In this document: in pieces, positions 10,743-23,838 of the stretch
How the letters are laid out: every line of letters starts with the position of its first letter
How positions within the stretch are numbered: position 1 is the stretch's first letter
NCBI RefSeq assembly: GCF_001194135.2
Contig: NC_068982.1
Span: forward strand, 190,862,834 to 190,926,833
Reading direction: 5' to 3'
Length of the DNA: 64,000 bases
Origin: Octopus bimaculoides
Taxonomy: Eukaryota
Program-made: the position numbers and the translations under genes
Notes under the pieces: model-generated
What the model was told of the DNA's origin: nothing
Seen by the model: the letters and a program-made list of their open reading frames with translations, nothing else
Databases searched by the model: none

Positions 10743-13689
10743 AACGTGACTTCTATATTCAGAGTTTGGATTAAATTATTCCAAATGTTGGTTTAGAAGT
10801 TTTGATCCCCAAAAATGTTATCCCAGCATGGCCACAGCCTGCTGACTGAAGCAAGCAAAAGTAAAGAATAAAAATATTTATTTACCAGGAAAAAGGCAAA
10901 AAAAAAAGAGAGAAAGCTATTGTTGAGAGTTTCTCTAATGGTTTCAATGACAAAATGATCTTATCTTTTGAGCAGGTCTCTTCTTTAATGGAGAGATATT
11001 GATTTTTTCTTTTTTGTGGCTAATGTTATTTTCCAAAGATGAAAACTTCTCCAACATTTGTGTCAAACATTTTATCTTAACCAGTCATAATTGTCGTTTG
11101 ATCTGACAATAGCAGACTGCTTCCAATAAACTTCAAACATTTTATTTCAACTATTCCATGCAGCGGTAAATATTTATTGGATTTAGTTAAAAGTAAGGAG
11201 TCTTTTTTTTTTTCTTTTGTTGTTTTTGTTTTTGTATCAATCTACTGAAAGAGTCAGAAATAAGTGTGGGACATTTTTGTACCATTGAGTTGCTCTGTGT
11301 TTTTTGGTTATTGTTGGTGTTGGATGCCATACTATTGTCTGACAAACACTAAAATATTACAAGATATGTGTTTACTGTGTATACTTAGTAATACACACTA
11401 AAATACTGTAATAGGTATTTCACTTATATATATACTTACCCTTTTGATACTAACTTGCCAAAAAACCCGACCCCTGGCTCTAAGAATCAAACTGTCTGTT
11501 TTAAATTCATTTCAATTAAAACCTTCCATCAAAATTTCGTGTTAACTATTGTTCCAAACACCAACCAAATAACATTTATTTTGTTAAATTCTTCCTTATT
11601 TTCAAAATTAATTGAAACAGATGCGGTGTATTTCTACAGAAATATCGTAACAAAGGGGTTAATCACTTGATTTCAAGCCTTTGTATCCTAATTGTTCTGT
11701 CTGTGTACCTAAGCAGATAATATCTGCAGCTTCATTTTAATTTAATTTTCAGGGGAAGTGTTGGGGTGCGGTGTTCTGGAATATAGAAAGACATTCCCTT
11801 TATAAATGAACTCTTGTGTCTCTTCTGATACCCGTAATGCCTTAAACCTTCCCTCTCTCTTTTAGCGCCACTCTAACTAGCTTTGGCAGTTAAATAATTA
11901 CAATGTTTCCTACTTAAAATCAATGATTCTCTCGAGGCTTACTTCATTGCCGACAATTACCAATTCATTTTATTTCTATCAACTTTCACAGACTCTCCAG
12001 TTTTGCTTCATCTCTTCATTATTGATTAAAATGCTTCCAAGTAATTCCTATTCCTCGGTATATACTGGAAAACCATTTTCTCTCTCTCTCTCTCTCTCAA
12101 TCTTTCACAAATAACAGGTGACAGCCTCTTGAATGCTGCCTCTTCACCATTCTTCAACGTTTTGAGATAAAAAAAAATATCACCTTTAAACAAACATAAA
12201 TATTAAATGACCTCGTTAACAGCCCTAATTTCATCAGAGATTATTAATCACACCTGTGACTTCTCACTCACAACTGTTTTTACTTTTTATTTATGACAGT
12301 TGTTGTTGTTGCAAGTTAAGGAGAATTTTTCTGTTTTTCTTTAAGAATGTGAAAAAAAAACTTTCTCCAATTCACCTTTCTTCCTTCCTTTCCATACTGC
12401 CCCCCCTCCCCACCTGTCACTACATTTTTGTTATTCTCATCCTCATCTGTATCATCACCACCACCTTCCCCTCTTTCCTCCCCCTCTCTCCCTTCATCTC
12501 TACAGGAACCTCTCCCTGCACCTTCAGTATGCCTTCTCATTGCTTCCCCCTCCTTCTATCCCCCCCACCACACCCGTCTCATTAAATATTTTGTAAATTA
12601 ACTTTCCCCCTAAAGCTACTGATTCACAAAGGCAGATTTTCGTTTTGAGCTTTTCAAAATGGATTATTAAGTCAGTTCTTGTGTTTTCTTGTGGCAATTT
12701 GGTAAAACGAAATGCATAATCTTTGTGTTGATGGAGGAGAAAACATTCATTATATATTTATTGATATAACAAGCTGAGCCGAGCGACTGAAATGACGGGG
12801 TGGGTGATTATTTCAATGTGGAAGGAATTATTCAAACACAATGTGTGTGAGTATTAGTTTAGAGATAGAGAATGCTAGAAATAAAAGTAAGTAGCTAATA
12901 GAAAGGGTGGGGTGAAAGATAACTGTGTGTGGGTGGAAGGTCAGTTAGTCAGGTGAACATGCTTTTACCTAATTACATTCATTCACGATCTCTCTATTTA
13001 ACATCTACACACACACACACACACTCTCTCTCTCTCCATATATAGAGCTGCTTATTAATTAGTTTGGAGCATGTAACTTTTACTAAAAGAAAACAATTAT
13101 TAAAGACTACGCTGTCTAGAAAATTCCTAAAGATTCTAATTTTGATATATTTTTATCAAAATGTATTTTTTTTTAATTCAAAAATTAAATAATAGAAAAC
13201 AAACTTTAATTCACCACAAAATAGCATTCTGTCTGTGTCTTCTCGCTCTCGTATCTATATGACTGCAACGTGAAATCTGTTCCACATTTCTGACAGTCCC
13301 TTCCTTTGCTGGGATCACTGCTTCTGTCATCGGAGTTGATTCGATGAAGAATAGAAGAATATCATTTCCCATGGCTACACATCTATGATTGTGTGTTTAT
13401 ATAGGTTTATTAATACTGAAATGTACATCATCATTTAATGTCTGCCTTCCAAGCTGGCATGGGTGGGACAGACATATATATATATACTAAAATGTATACA
13501 CACACACACACATTATCATCATCATCATCATCATCATTTAACGTCCGTTTTCCATGCTAGCATGGGTTGGACGGTTTGACTGGGGATTGGCGAACCAGAT
13601 GGCTACACCAGACTCCAATCTGATCTGGCAGAGTTTCTACAGCTGGATGCCCTTCCTAATGCTAACCACTCCAAGAAGTAAAAGGAAAG

Positions 13690-13956
13690 AACCAAGAAGT
13701 ACAAAGGAAAAGATGGAATTGGATTGAACATGTATTGAGAAAGGAACCCAGTCATCACTGCATGATTGCTTTGACTTGGCAACCTGAGGGGAAGAGAAAA
13801 GTTGGTAGACCAAAAAGCACATGGATAGTGGAAAAGGAAAGGAATCGAGCTGGATGGTCATCGTGGAATGTGGCAAGAAAACTTGCAAAACAGAGGAATA
13901 AATGGAAAACGAGCGTGGAGGCCTTATGTGCCAGCTGGCACGTAAAGGATAGATAG
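13690..13956 (+). mobile_element. RTE-clade LINE RT C-terminal fragment (different family)
   Basis: RWNWIEHVLRKEPSHHCMIALTWQPEGKRKVGRPKSTW..KWKTSVEALCAS, a typical RTE thumb/C-terminal motif set. Confidence 0.85.
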
Positions 13957-14760
13957 ATAGATAGATAGATAGATATGTGTGTGTGTAGGTATCTATGTAT
14001 AATTAATCTGTGTGTAAACTGGCACTTCGTTAGTTATGCTGATGAGTGTTCCAGTTGATCCAATCAGTGGAACAGCATGCTCATGAAATTAATGTGTAGT
14101 GGGTCTTGCTCAAGGACACAATGTGCTACTGGGAACTGAAATCAGGACCTTACAATCATGATCTGAATACACTAAGCTATACGCCTTCGCTAACCTCTCT
14201 TTGTGTATGTGCATGTTACGCATGCATGCATGTGTGTGTGCATGTTGTGTGTGCACATGTGTGTATGGATTGATATGTATACAGCCTGGCAAAACCATAA
14301 AGCAAAGATCCAACACAAGCTGTTATATCGAGAGAGAGAGAGAAAGTGAGCTGCTTTGTAACCGGGTAATGAAAGCTAGTCAAGGTTTTAATGTGCCAAA
14401 TGAAAGATATTCCATTTCCAAAAATGAGCCATGTTGCACATAAATTGATTCTTTCCTCTCTATACGTAGTAAATAGCTTTGTGTGTTCCCTGGCTTTGAA
14501 TTATGGTTAGATCATGGCTTTAATGTGTAATACCTTCTTGATGTCATCTCCTCATTAAAATTTTGAAAACTACAAGATTTTATCTCACTTCCATCTGAAA
14601 ACTTCACCCGTTTCTCTCTCAGTGTTTAATACCAGCTTTTTTTGTTTTTTGTTGTTTCATTATATATGTTTAGGAATTACATAAAAATAGAGTTATAAAA
14701 TAAATAGCTATATGTTCAAAAAAGCAATTTACAGTTATTTGGTATACACACACACACTGA

Positions 14761-14812
<52 letters not shown>

Positions 14813-15513
14813 GTTGGAGAAATAACAGCTTTTGTCACTCCAACATATGCTATTATCTGACAGAACATAAAAGGGAACTCTGGGAATCTCTGGAGATGTG
14901 TGAGAGAGAGAGAGAGGGAGAGTTGCATTTGGTTATTTTGCTATCTATCTTTTATCTTTCACTCATTTCAGTCATTAAATAACAGCCATACTGGAGCACC
15001 ACCTTGAAGAACCTTTAGTTGAATAAATCACCCCCAACACCGAGTTTTGAGGAACATTCATCAAACCAATTCCTTTGATATGTTTACCTCATCAGCAGAT
15101 TGAGCAGATATCTTCAGTTATAGTTCTACCTTTTGGCTATCTTTTAACTGTCTCTCTCTGTATATTAGATTCCATATTATGCTTTCATTCTTTGAACTCC
15201 TCTGGCAGACTCCTTTGTCATCTTCTTCCCTCTGTTTCCGTGGAAACAGACTAAACATAACAAATGAGTGCCATTTCCAGCATCATCATAGCTATACATC
15301 AATGGATCAGCATCTGTTAGGAATTATTTTGGTGCCTAGCAATTAGTAACTTTATTATAATGATTCCTGTTCTTTGTACGATGATGATGATGATGATGAT
15401 TTACATCAAAAGTACAACTTCACCCACCCCCAACTTAAATGCATTCTTTTTATCCAAAGTGGTCTGCTAGAGACAAGTTCCCAAAACTTGCATTTCAACG
15501 TTTACCAATTATG

Positions 15514-16000
15514 GAGTAAAGATTTTTTGCCAACATAACACGGCAGACCTAATTTAGGACGAATGTTGCTGTAATTTAGCCCCAGGAGACATTGTCTCCA
15601 GCTGGCTGTACGACACAATCTGTGTCCTTATATTTTCGAACAAGGGAATCTAGCACCCCGACCCCTCAGCTCAAAACAATATCTGCGTATTGCGATTTCC
15701 AGGTTATTTCCCTTCATCAGCACAAAATAATTGTTCGGCTAGAGGTGGTGCTGCCAAATTCCCATTCGAAATATAGAGTTTTCAAAGTGACAACTTGTCA
15801 CTGATCTATAAATTAGAAAATTACTATTTTTAAATCTCACGATAGATATTTCAGCAACAGTACTTTGGAGTAAAGATTGTTTGCCAACATAACATGGCAG
15901 TCCTGGTTTAGGACAAATGTTCTGTTGGCAAACAGTCTTTACTCTAAAGTACTGTTGCTGAATATCTCTTGTTGTGAGATTTAGAAATAGTAATTTTCTA
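15514..16000 (-). mobile_element. non-autonomous Penelope-pLTR/retrozyme-like insertion with hammerhead
   Basis: 14-bp TSD GTTTACCAATTATG (15500-15513, 16001-16014); 54-bp direct repeats at 15514 and 15868 (48/54 identical); inverted arm 15924-16000 matching 15814-15888; hammerhead motif inside; second copy at 45013-45226. Confidence 0.75.
15684..15724 (-). ncRNA. minimal type I hammerhead ribozyme motif (probably somewhat decayed)
   Basis: UGUG-CUGAUGA-A-GGG(AAAUAA)CCU-G-GAA-AU(CGCA)AU-A-CGCA. Stem I pairs (CACA in the 45 kb copy); single extra nucleotides flank stem II. Confidence 0.6.
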
Positions 16001-16331
16001 GTTTACCAATTATGTTGCCTACATTCCATTTCCAATACATTGTCTCTTATAATCATCATCACCACCATTTTATGTCCATGTTCCATGCTGGCATGGGTTG
16101 GATGGTTTGACAGGATCCTTTATGTTCAAGGATTGTGGCATTGTTGGGGCTCTGCCTTCAAGGTTTTCATTGACCCCGTGGATCCCTTCACCTACTTTAA
16201 ATCGCTATATATTTTCATGGGATTATTAGGTTTTCTACCGTTTTTTTATTTTTGTATTTTTATTTTCTATGTAAAGGGATATAACTCAGAACTGATTTAC
16301 ATTAGTACACACATGTGCACTGGTGCACACA

Positions 16332-16379
<48 letters not shown>

Positions 16380-17303
16380 GAAGAGTGTGTGAAAGAGATT
16401 TTGCCTATACAAGGTTGGTACCAGTGAATAATAGTGTTTCTTCTGGTGAAGTCAGCTAATAGGAGGAAGTAATTATTTAACAGGAAATGAATGGAGATAG
16501 CTGGGTTTCTGAGATATTGTACTTAAACTGTAAACATAGCGCTCCTGCCAGCAATAGAGGGGGGTGGATGGATTGGATGAGTCTTAAGTAGTATTGGATA
16601 TACCATAGACAATGCTACTTAACAAAACAATACCCACCCCCCTTTCAATTAGTCAGTTCACCTCCACCCATCCACATCTAAAATCCAGCCTCCAAAGTGT
16701 ATTTTACGTAACACAGTTTTAATGATGATGTCATTTTAGTCCTCTTATGTCAAGTTTCTCAGGGTTTTAAGTCCCAGCTCAGCGTGGTTTAATGGGTAAG
16801 GTATTCAGTTCACAATCATAAGATCGTGAGTTCAGTTCCTGGTGGTATGTTGTGCCCTTGAGCAAGGCTTTTTATTCCACGTTGCAAATTTTCTTTGGCT
16901 GGATGCCCTTCCTATCACCAACCTTCACTTGTTTCCAAGTAAGATAATATTTCCCCATGACCAGACGTGTTTCATGTCAATTGATGGTCCCAAACACCAG
17001 TAGGCACAGGTGTGGCTGTGTGGTAAGAAGCATGCATCTCAACCACATGGTTCCTGGTGGTGGTGATGACTGATGATGATGGTGACTGATGATGAAAGTA
17101 GCGATGATGGTGACTGATGATGGTGATGATGAGTGATTGACAAACCCTGAACTGGAAATGTAACCAACTTCCCTAAAATCGCAGGCCTTGTCCCACACCA
17201 TAGTGATGGCCAAATGGGCAGCTGATAATGGAAATGCGGCACTCGACTGAATTTTGGTCATGATTTGGGGTTATCCTTCATTCTTATAAAATGGAAAGTG
17301 TTT

Positions 17304-17532
17304 ACATTATCTACATTTGACAGATATTTGTTCTCATCTTGTTTGTTGTTAACACAACGTTTCGGCTGATATACCCTCCAGCCTTCATCAGGTGTCTTGG
17401 GGAAATTTCGAACCTGGGTTCTCATTTCTAAGGTATTTTTCAATGTTATTATTATTATTCAGGTCACTGCCTGGAATCGAACTCGGAATCTTGGGGTTAG
17501 TAGCCTGTGCTCTTAACCACAATGCCCAAACT
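17304..17532 (-). mobile_element. tRNA-headed SINE with hammerhead-containing tail
   Basis: A-box-like GGGCATTGTGGTTAA (17513-17527), B-box GAGTTCGATTCC (17473-17484), (AAT)n linker, hammerhead, AATGTA-type tail; imperfect TSD GG(A/G)AAGTGTTT on both sides; partial copy at 36000-36099. Confidence 0.75.
17351..17396 (-). ncRNA. minimal type I hammerhead ribozyme motif
   Basis: GACAC-CUGAUGA-A-GGCUG(GAGGGUAUAU)CAGCC-GAA-ACGU-U-GUGUU: 5-bp stems I and II, palindromic ACGU stem III, predicted cleavage after GUU. Confidence 0.8.
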
Positions 17533-17889
17533 GGGAAGTGTTTGTTGATTCATAGTTTGTGTGAATCACTTCCTTTGTTATAGTTGTTATATAAGTAACC
17601 AATCAATTATGCTTGGACAGTCAATACTCAGATATTGGTGTCTAGGTTTGGGAGGGTCTGTGACATATAGACAAAAATATCAGTATCTCTTATACGGTTC
17701 TGGAAATTTTCTCAGTCCACCATCTGCATGAAGAATGTATAGTTAAGCACAGGCATATTGAGTAAGCCAATACTTAACTCTGTACTTCTTGCATGCAAAA
17801 CTGTTAATTACATTCACTGTTCTGCAGTGAACAGTCATTTGTTGCTCCTTATATTAGAGAATGTTATCACCAAGCTGTTACATATTGAT

Positions 17890-18098
17890 TTCAAATTTTT
17901 GGCACAAGGCCAGCAATTTCAGGAGAGAGGCTGAGTCAGTTCCGTCAACCTCAGTACTCAACTACTACTTATCATATTGACCCCAAAAGAATAAAGGCAA
18001 AGTAGATTTTTGGCTGAATTTCAACTCGGAATGTAAAACCGGAGGGGACGCTACAAAGCATCTTACCCAGCATGCAAACGTTTCTGCCAGCACACCTC

Positions 18099-18099
<1 letters not shown>
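17890..18099 (-). mobile_element. SINE family D (GGCGAGCTGGCAGAA head)
   Basis: Head GCTGGCAGAAACGTT, central TTTGCCTTT(C)AT(C)CTTT..GGTC(A/G)ATA..AAGTA. Other copies at about 28345-28552(-), 35845-35995(+), 38556-38772(+), 45805-45952(-), 61272-61465(-). Confidence 0.75.

Positions 18100-18186
<87 letters not shown>
18098..18186. repeat. (ATT)n microsatellite
   Basis: Directly visible; further (ATT)n/(AGT)n tracts at 18650-18722 and 18832-18892. Confidence 0.95.
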
Positions 18187-18189
<3 letters not shown>

Positions 18190-18644
18190 GACTCTGCATG
18201 CTATTTTCTATTGCAAGATCATCATCACTGCACCATACTGTTGGTTAGAATTTGTAGCTGAATGCTTCCTTTCAACCATTCACTGAAATGACGGTTGCTT
18301 TATGCTAATATTCCATTACCAAAAAGGAAACCTTTTTGGTTATTTATTTCTGTAGGTAGATAGATATTAGTTTTTATAAGCCGAAATCACATAATTAGGT
18401 ATAAAAAATTTTTTTAAAAATAAAAATTTTAAAAAAGCCAAAAATCTTCTTCCCACAATCTCAATACCAGGTTTTATTTCCAATATAAATAGTGAAGGAG
18501 ATCTTTGTGTGCCACATCCATTCCAGCAGACTGGATCTTCACTGACATCTGAAACCTCACTTCAAGCAAGTTTCCTTCCTTCTGCTCTCCTGGCTACCAT
18601 TCAACAAAATTCACCACTTATTATTGTTGTTATCGCTGTTGTTG

Positions 18645-18723
<79 letters not shown>

Positions 18724-18834
18724 AGTGAGTGAGTGAGAGAGCAGTGCATGCCATCAAAGTGGCACTGGAGTACAAATATACAAAGTTTAATATACCCATC
18801 ATGGCTACCCATCTGATAAGGGTACACCATTTAT

Positions 18835-18892
<58 letters not shown>

Positions 18893-20199
18893 CATTCAGC
18901 CCATATATATATATATATATATATATACTGGTATATATCCCCGACCAGCAAAGATAAGCTTGTCGCTGGCCATGTTACATAAACATACTTACAAATTCCT
19001 TAATTTAGAATTTAGAAATTTTGTTCTCTTCCATTCACGCCCAGTTGACTCAAATAATTCTAATTTAACCTTTCGTGTCTGACTTGTTGCTGTTCCAAGG
19101 AAGGGGAAGCCTTCCATTTCATTTGAAGACCCTGTCAACATTTGCAGCTTCACTACCAATATTTTCCCACCTTCAGCAATTTCCTCCACACATTTTCCAT
19201 AATGGCCAACAAATGTGTTACATTCAAAAATAGTTCTTTTTTTTTAATCTTTCAACTTAAATAATTGTTTTGTTTTCTAATCAGGCCACAGTCAGACAGG
19301 TCTTTCAATCATTTTTTCTTTTTTCACTACAAATAGTGTTTATGTTGGTGTTTTTTTTTTAATATCTTAGTCTTTCTAGAATCAAACCAAGAGTCACAGT
19401 TCTCAACTACTTTATTGTTTCTTTATTTGTTTATCTTTTTTCTTCCATCCCCCCACCCTCCCTCCAGCTTCATTTTCTGCTTTTTCCATTAATAAACTAT
19501 TAAAAGAGTACAGAATAATGTCTGGTTGTTTTAATATTTGATAAAAAAAAAAATTCTGGTTTCTATTAAAACAGGGATTACAATTCACATGTAGTTTTTT
19601 TGTTTTTTGGGGGGTTTTTTTAATGTAAATATTTCAAACTTAAGCAGCCAGGGTGGGAGGGGGGAGAGAAAGAGAGCAGGGGAGAATGGGTGGGATGGGT
19701 GAGAGTAAATAAAAAAGTTTTCATCACTACCACCACCATCATCATCATCATCATCATTTTACATCCCAGCATCACATGAACTCCCATCAGCCAGTGCAGA
19801 CCCCAGCAGAGAAAACTACCCATCCTTGTAGTACGTGTCATTTTGTTTTTTGGTTTTTTTTTGTCTAACTGCTGGGTGCCCCCTTCCTTCCAGGAACCAG
19901 TTTAGACTGGATACATTACATCATACCTCCAGCCCTGGAGAAGTCTGCAGCAGGACTAAAGAACCTCCCCACCCCACTTTCGTCCTGCTGTGACTGGTTG
20001 AGTATACCTTTCATCATCATTTAACATCTCTGTCCCGTGCTGTGGTGCAACTACATTGGTAATGTTTTAACACCTCTCAATGCACTCTATGGCCTTGTTT
20101 TCATGACAGGGTCAGTGCATAATGGCCATACTTCAACCCTCAGTTGACCCCCTTAGTTCAGCAAAAGAACTGAGTACACCAGCAAGATATATCATCATC

Positions 20200-20480
20200 A
20201 TCATTTAGCATCCATTGTCCATGCTGGCATGGGTTGGACAGTCTGACCAGGGCTGGCAAGCTGGAGGGCTGCACCAGACTCCAGTCTCATGTAGCATGGT
20301 TTTCTATGGCTGGATGCCCTTCATAAGGCCAACCACTCCAAGAGTGTAATGGGTGCTTTTATGTGCCACCGGCAGGGGAGCCAGTTGTGTGACACCACTA
20401 TCTGCCACAACTGGGATTTTACTTGGTTTGATGGGTCTTCTTCTCAAGCATGACGTAATGCCAAAGGTCTTCGTGATTGA
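20200..20480 (-). mobile_element. RTE LINE 3' UTR fragment
   Basis: Common tail family in reverse orientation. Confidence 0.8.
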
Positions 20481-20501
20481 CTTTGGCATTATGTCATGCT
20501 C

Positions 20502-20540
<39 letters not shown>

Positions 20541-20574
20541 ACGTTAAACAATGATGGTGATAATATACACCTTA

Positions 20575-20860
20575 GCTCTTCGATCCTTCAGTGCTGTCAG
20601 CACAACATGGGCATGGAGCCTTCTCCAGACATTCTGGTTGTTTGCCTTCCTCCTGGTTCCACTCAGCCTGACTCCCACTGCTGTCATGTCATCCCTTAAT
20701 ATACTGCATCACATTTTCCTTGGTGTTCCTCTCTGTTTTTTCCCTCTTTCTGGTTTCCATTCCATCACAATGGTAGCATCTCTCCTGCAATAATCAAAGT
20801 TCATGGCCAGCAAACCACATCCACTGCTTAGCCATCATGTCCTGCAGACTCCCCCATGCC
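20575..20860 (-). pseudogene. decayed RTE-type RT C-terminal fragment
   Basis: Minus strand reads ..IVMEWKPERGKKQRGTPRK..ILRDDM..ANNQNVWRRL, like the RTE W.P.GKR.RGRP.K.W motif. Confidence 0.65.
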
Positions 20861-21307
20861 TGCTCTTATCACCTCTTTCTTTCTCACTCTGTCTCGATGA
20901 CAGATGCCTAGAATTAAACATAGGCAAGGCCAATGGAACACATCCAGCAATTGAGAGAGACGTCTATTGTTATTTCTTGTTTGTATTCGTAATTCTGTAC
21001 CATGTTCTTCGTTTTTTTGTTTGTTTGCTTTTTTTTTTTTGTCTTTGTTGCCATAGCTTTCTTACAAAGGGGTCTTACAAAAGCTTAGACTCTTTTGCGG
21101 GGAAACCAGATTGAACCATCTCGAGTGTAACTGCCCGAAACGGTAGTGACTTCTGGAACTTGACTGAGGAAAGAAAGCCACGAATGACCCGTCTTTTTTG
21201 CCTGTCCTTCCAATTGTTGCTTCTCTTGTCCGCCTTTGTATCGTTTACCCGTCTGAATGTTTTAATGTCCTCCATTGCATTTTTGTTCCTTATATATATA
21301 TATATAT

Positions 21308-21433
21308 NNNNNNNNNNNNNNNNNNNNNNNNNNNNNNNNNNNNNNNNNNNNNNNNNNNNNNNNNNNNNNNNNNNNNNNNNNNNNNNNNNNNNNNNNNNNN
21401 NNNNNNNNNNNNNNNNNNNNNNNNNNNNNNNNN
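21308..21433. other. assembly gap within (TA)n
   Basis: Run of N flanked by TA repeats. Confidence 1.
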
Positions 21434-21470
<37 letters not shown>

Positions 21471-22718
21471 GTATATGCACACACACACACATGATGTCAA
21501 ATTCCTCCATGCCATCAGTCATACCTTGTTCACTACATTCATCTCCACCCATCTCTAACCATTTGTGACTCTCCTGTGAAATTACCCACCCACTCTTCCT
21601 GATTGTTGGTCTCTATCCCCTTTTCCACTCACCTTCTTCAATCTTGATATGCCCTGATATCTTGTCAGTGCCATATTTATGTCTCTTTCCAACCACTTCC
21701 ACTCCTATATAATGCAGAGTAGCTACGTATCTCCTCTATAACAAGGCACCTGTTCCTGTTGTATCATATTTTAGCTTCTCCCCAACTAGCATAAAGCTCT
21801 CCTACACACCCTGTCAAAGGGATTTGGGGGGGAGGGGGGCACCCTCACTAGTTCTGGTGCCATGGAAAAAAGCACCCTGTGTGCTCTGTGAATTAGTTGG
21901 CATTAGGAATGATGTCCGGCTGTAGAAACCTGCCAGGGCAAACATTGGAGATTGATACATCCCTCTGACTAGTTATCATCATCATCATCATTTAGTGTTC
22001 ATTGTCCATGCTGGTGTGGGTTGAACAGTTTGATAAGGAGCTGGTACGGTTGAAGAGCTGCACCAGGCTCCAGTTATCTGTTGTGGCAAGGTGTCTATAG
22101 CTGGATACCTTTCCCAACATCAACCACACTACAAAGTGTACTGGGTGCTTCTTATGTGACAACAGCACAGGTTAGATCCTGTCAAACGATCCGGCCCATG
22201 CCAGCATGGAAGACACATGTTAAATATTGATGATGGTGTCTAACCCATGCCAGCATGGAAAATGGATATTAAATGATGACGATGATGATGATGATTCTGT
22301 GTTTGTCTTACTTTAAAACTTCTATTTGTCAGTCAGTTGTCTCACAAATCAAATAAATACTCTATCTCTCTTAGAATATATGTCTTCAGTCGTGTTCCAT
22401 AGTTTATCAGTCACTTGTCTTCCTAAATGATATAAACATTCTATGTGTAATAGATTATGTTCTTGATTTTCTTCCATAGCTAAAACATTACAAACATCGA
22501 CTGTAAGCGTTTTCCATCTGGAGAATTATCAAGCTGACTTTACAGACAACAGGCTTTTGTTTTAAATCTATTGTGACTTCAGAACACAATGGAGTCAAAT
22601 ATTTGAGTCTTTCTCTGAAAGAAGAAGCAGTCTGCAGGCACTTCGCAAAATAATGCTTCTTTGTACTGTATTTGAATCAAAATACAGTGATGGATTTTGA
22701 TTCAAAATCCATCACTGT

Positions 22719-22799
22719 TTGTATGTGTGTATATATATGTGTGTGTATAAATATATGTATGTGTGTGTATATATATATATATGTGTGTGTGTGTGTATG

Positions 22800-22834
<35 letters not shown>

Positions 22835-22883
22835 ATATATATATGTGTATATATATGTATATATATGCGTATATATGTATGTA

Positions 22884-22978
<95 letters not shown>

Positions 22979-23059
22979 ATATATATGTGTGTGTGTATAT
23001 ATATGTGTGTGTGTATATATATATGTGTGTATATGTATATATATGTATATACGCATATA

Positions 23060-23136
<77 letters not shown>

Positions 23137-23143
23137 GTATGTA
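22719..23143. repeat. compound (TA)n/(TG)n microsatellite
   Basis: Directly visible; source of the YI/CV ORFs. Confidence 0.95.
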
Positions 23144-23492
23144 TCTTTTATCTTTTACTTGTTTCAGTCATTAAGTTGTGGCCATGCTAGGGCATCACCT
23201 TGAAGAATTTTAGTTAAACATATTGACCCTAATGCTAATTTCTTTTTATAAGTTTGGTACTTATTTTATCAGTCTCTTTTACCAAACTGCTATGTTAGTA
23301 GGACGCAAACACACCAACACTGGTTGTCATGCATTGGTAGACAAACACAGCTACCCACAACAGGATCCACTCACAAGGCTTTGGTTGGTGTGAGGTTTTA
23401 ATAGGAGACAGTTGGCCAAGGTGCCACCCAGTGGGACTGAACCCAGAACCATGTGATTGAGAAGCGAACGTCTTACCACACAGCCATGCCTT
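23143..23492 (-). mobile_element. SINE family A, near full length
   Basis: Tail TCTTTTACTTGTTTCAGTC to head TTACCACACAGCCATGCC. Confidence 0.8.
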
Positions 23493-23799
23493 TGTAGCTT
23501 ATCTGTCTGAAAGATCATTACAGTTTCCCTGGTATTTTGTCTCTGATAAGGAAGCCTTATTGTGCACCCTGTTATTCTTATCTTATTGGTGCATGCATGG
23601 ATTTGTGTTTCAGGAGCTGGTTTCCCAGCTGTGTCAGTCTCACTGCACACCACCTTGGGCAAATGTCATCTATTTTAGCCCTTGGCTGACTAAAGCCTCG
23701 TGAGTGGATTTGGTAGACAGAAACTGAAAGCCATCATTGAAGCTTGAGGCAGCACTCTGGCTGCACCAAGGATCAAGGATATTAAATGATGATGATGAT

Positions 23800-23838
<39 letters not shown>

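Noticed and set aside
21120-21200. GAAACGGTA and CTGAGGA as a possible type II hammerhead
   Set aside because: Stems I and II do not pair, and no CUGANGA precedes the GAAA.
22672-23203. Long YI/CV ORFs (also at 21075-21558, 49025-49488, 53809-54392)
   Set aside because: Translations of TA/TG repeats or of N gaps.
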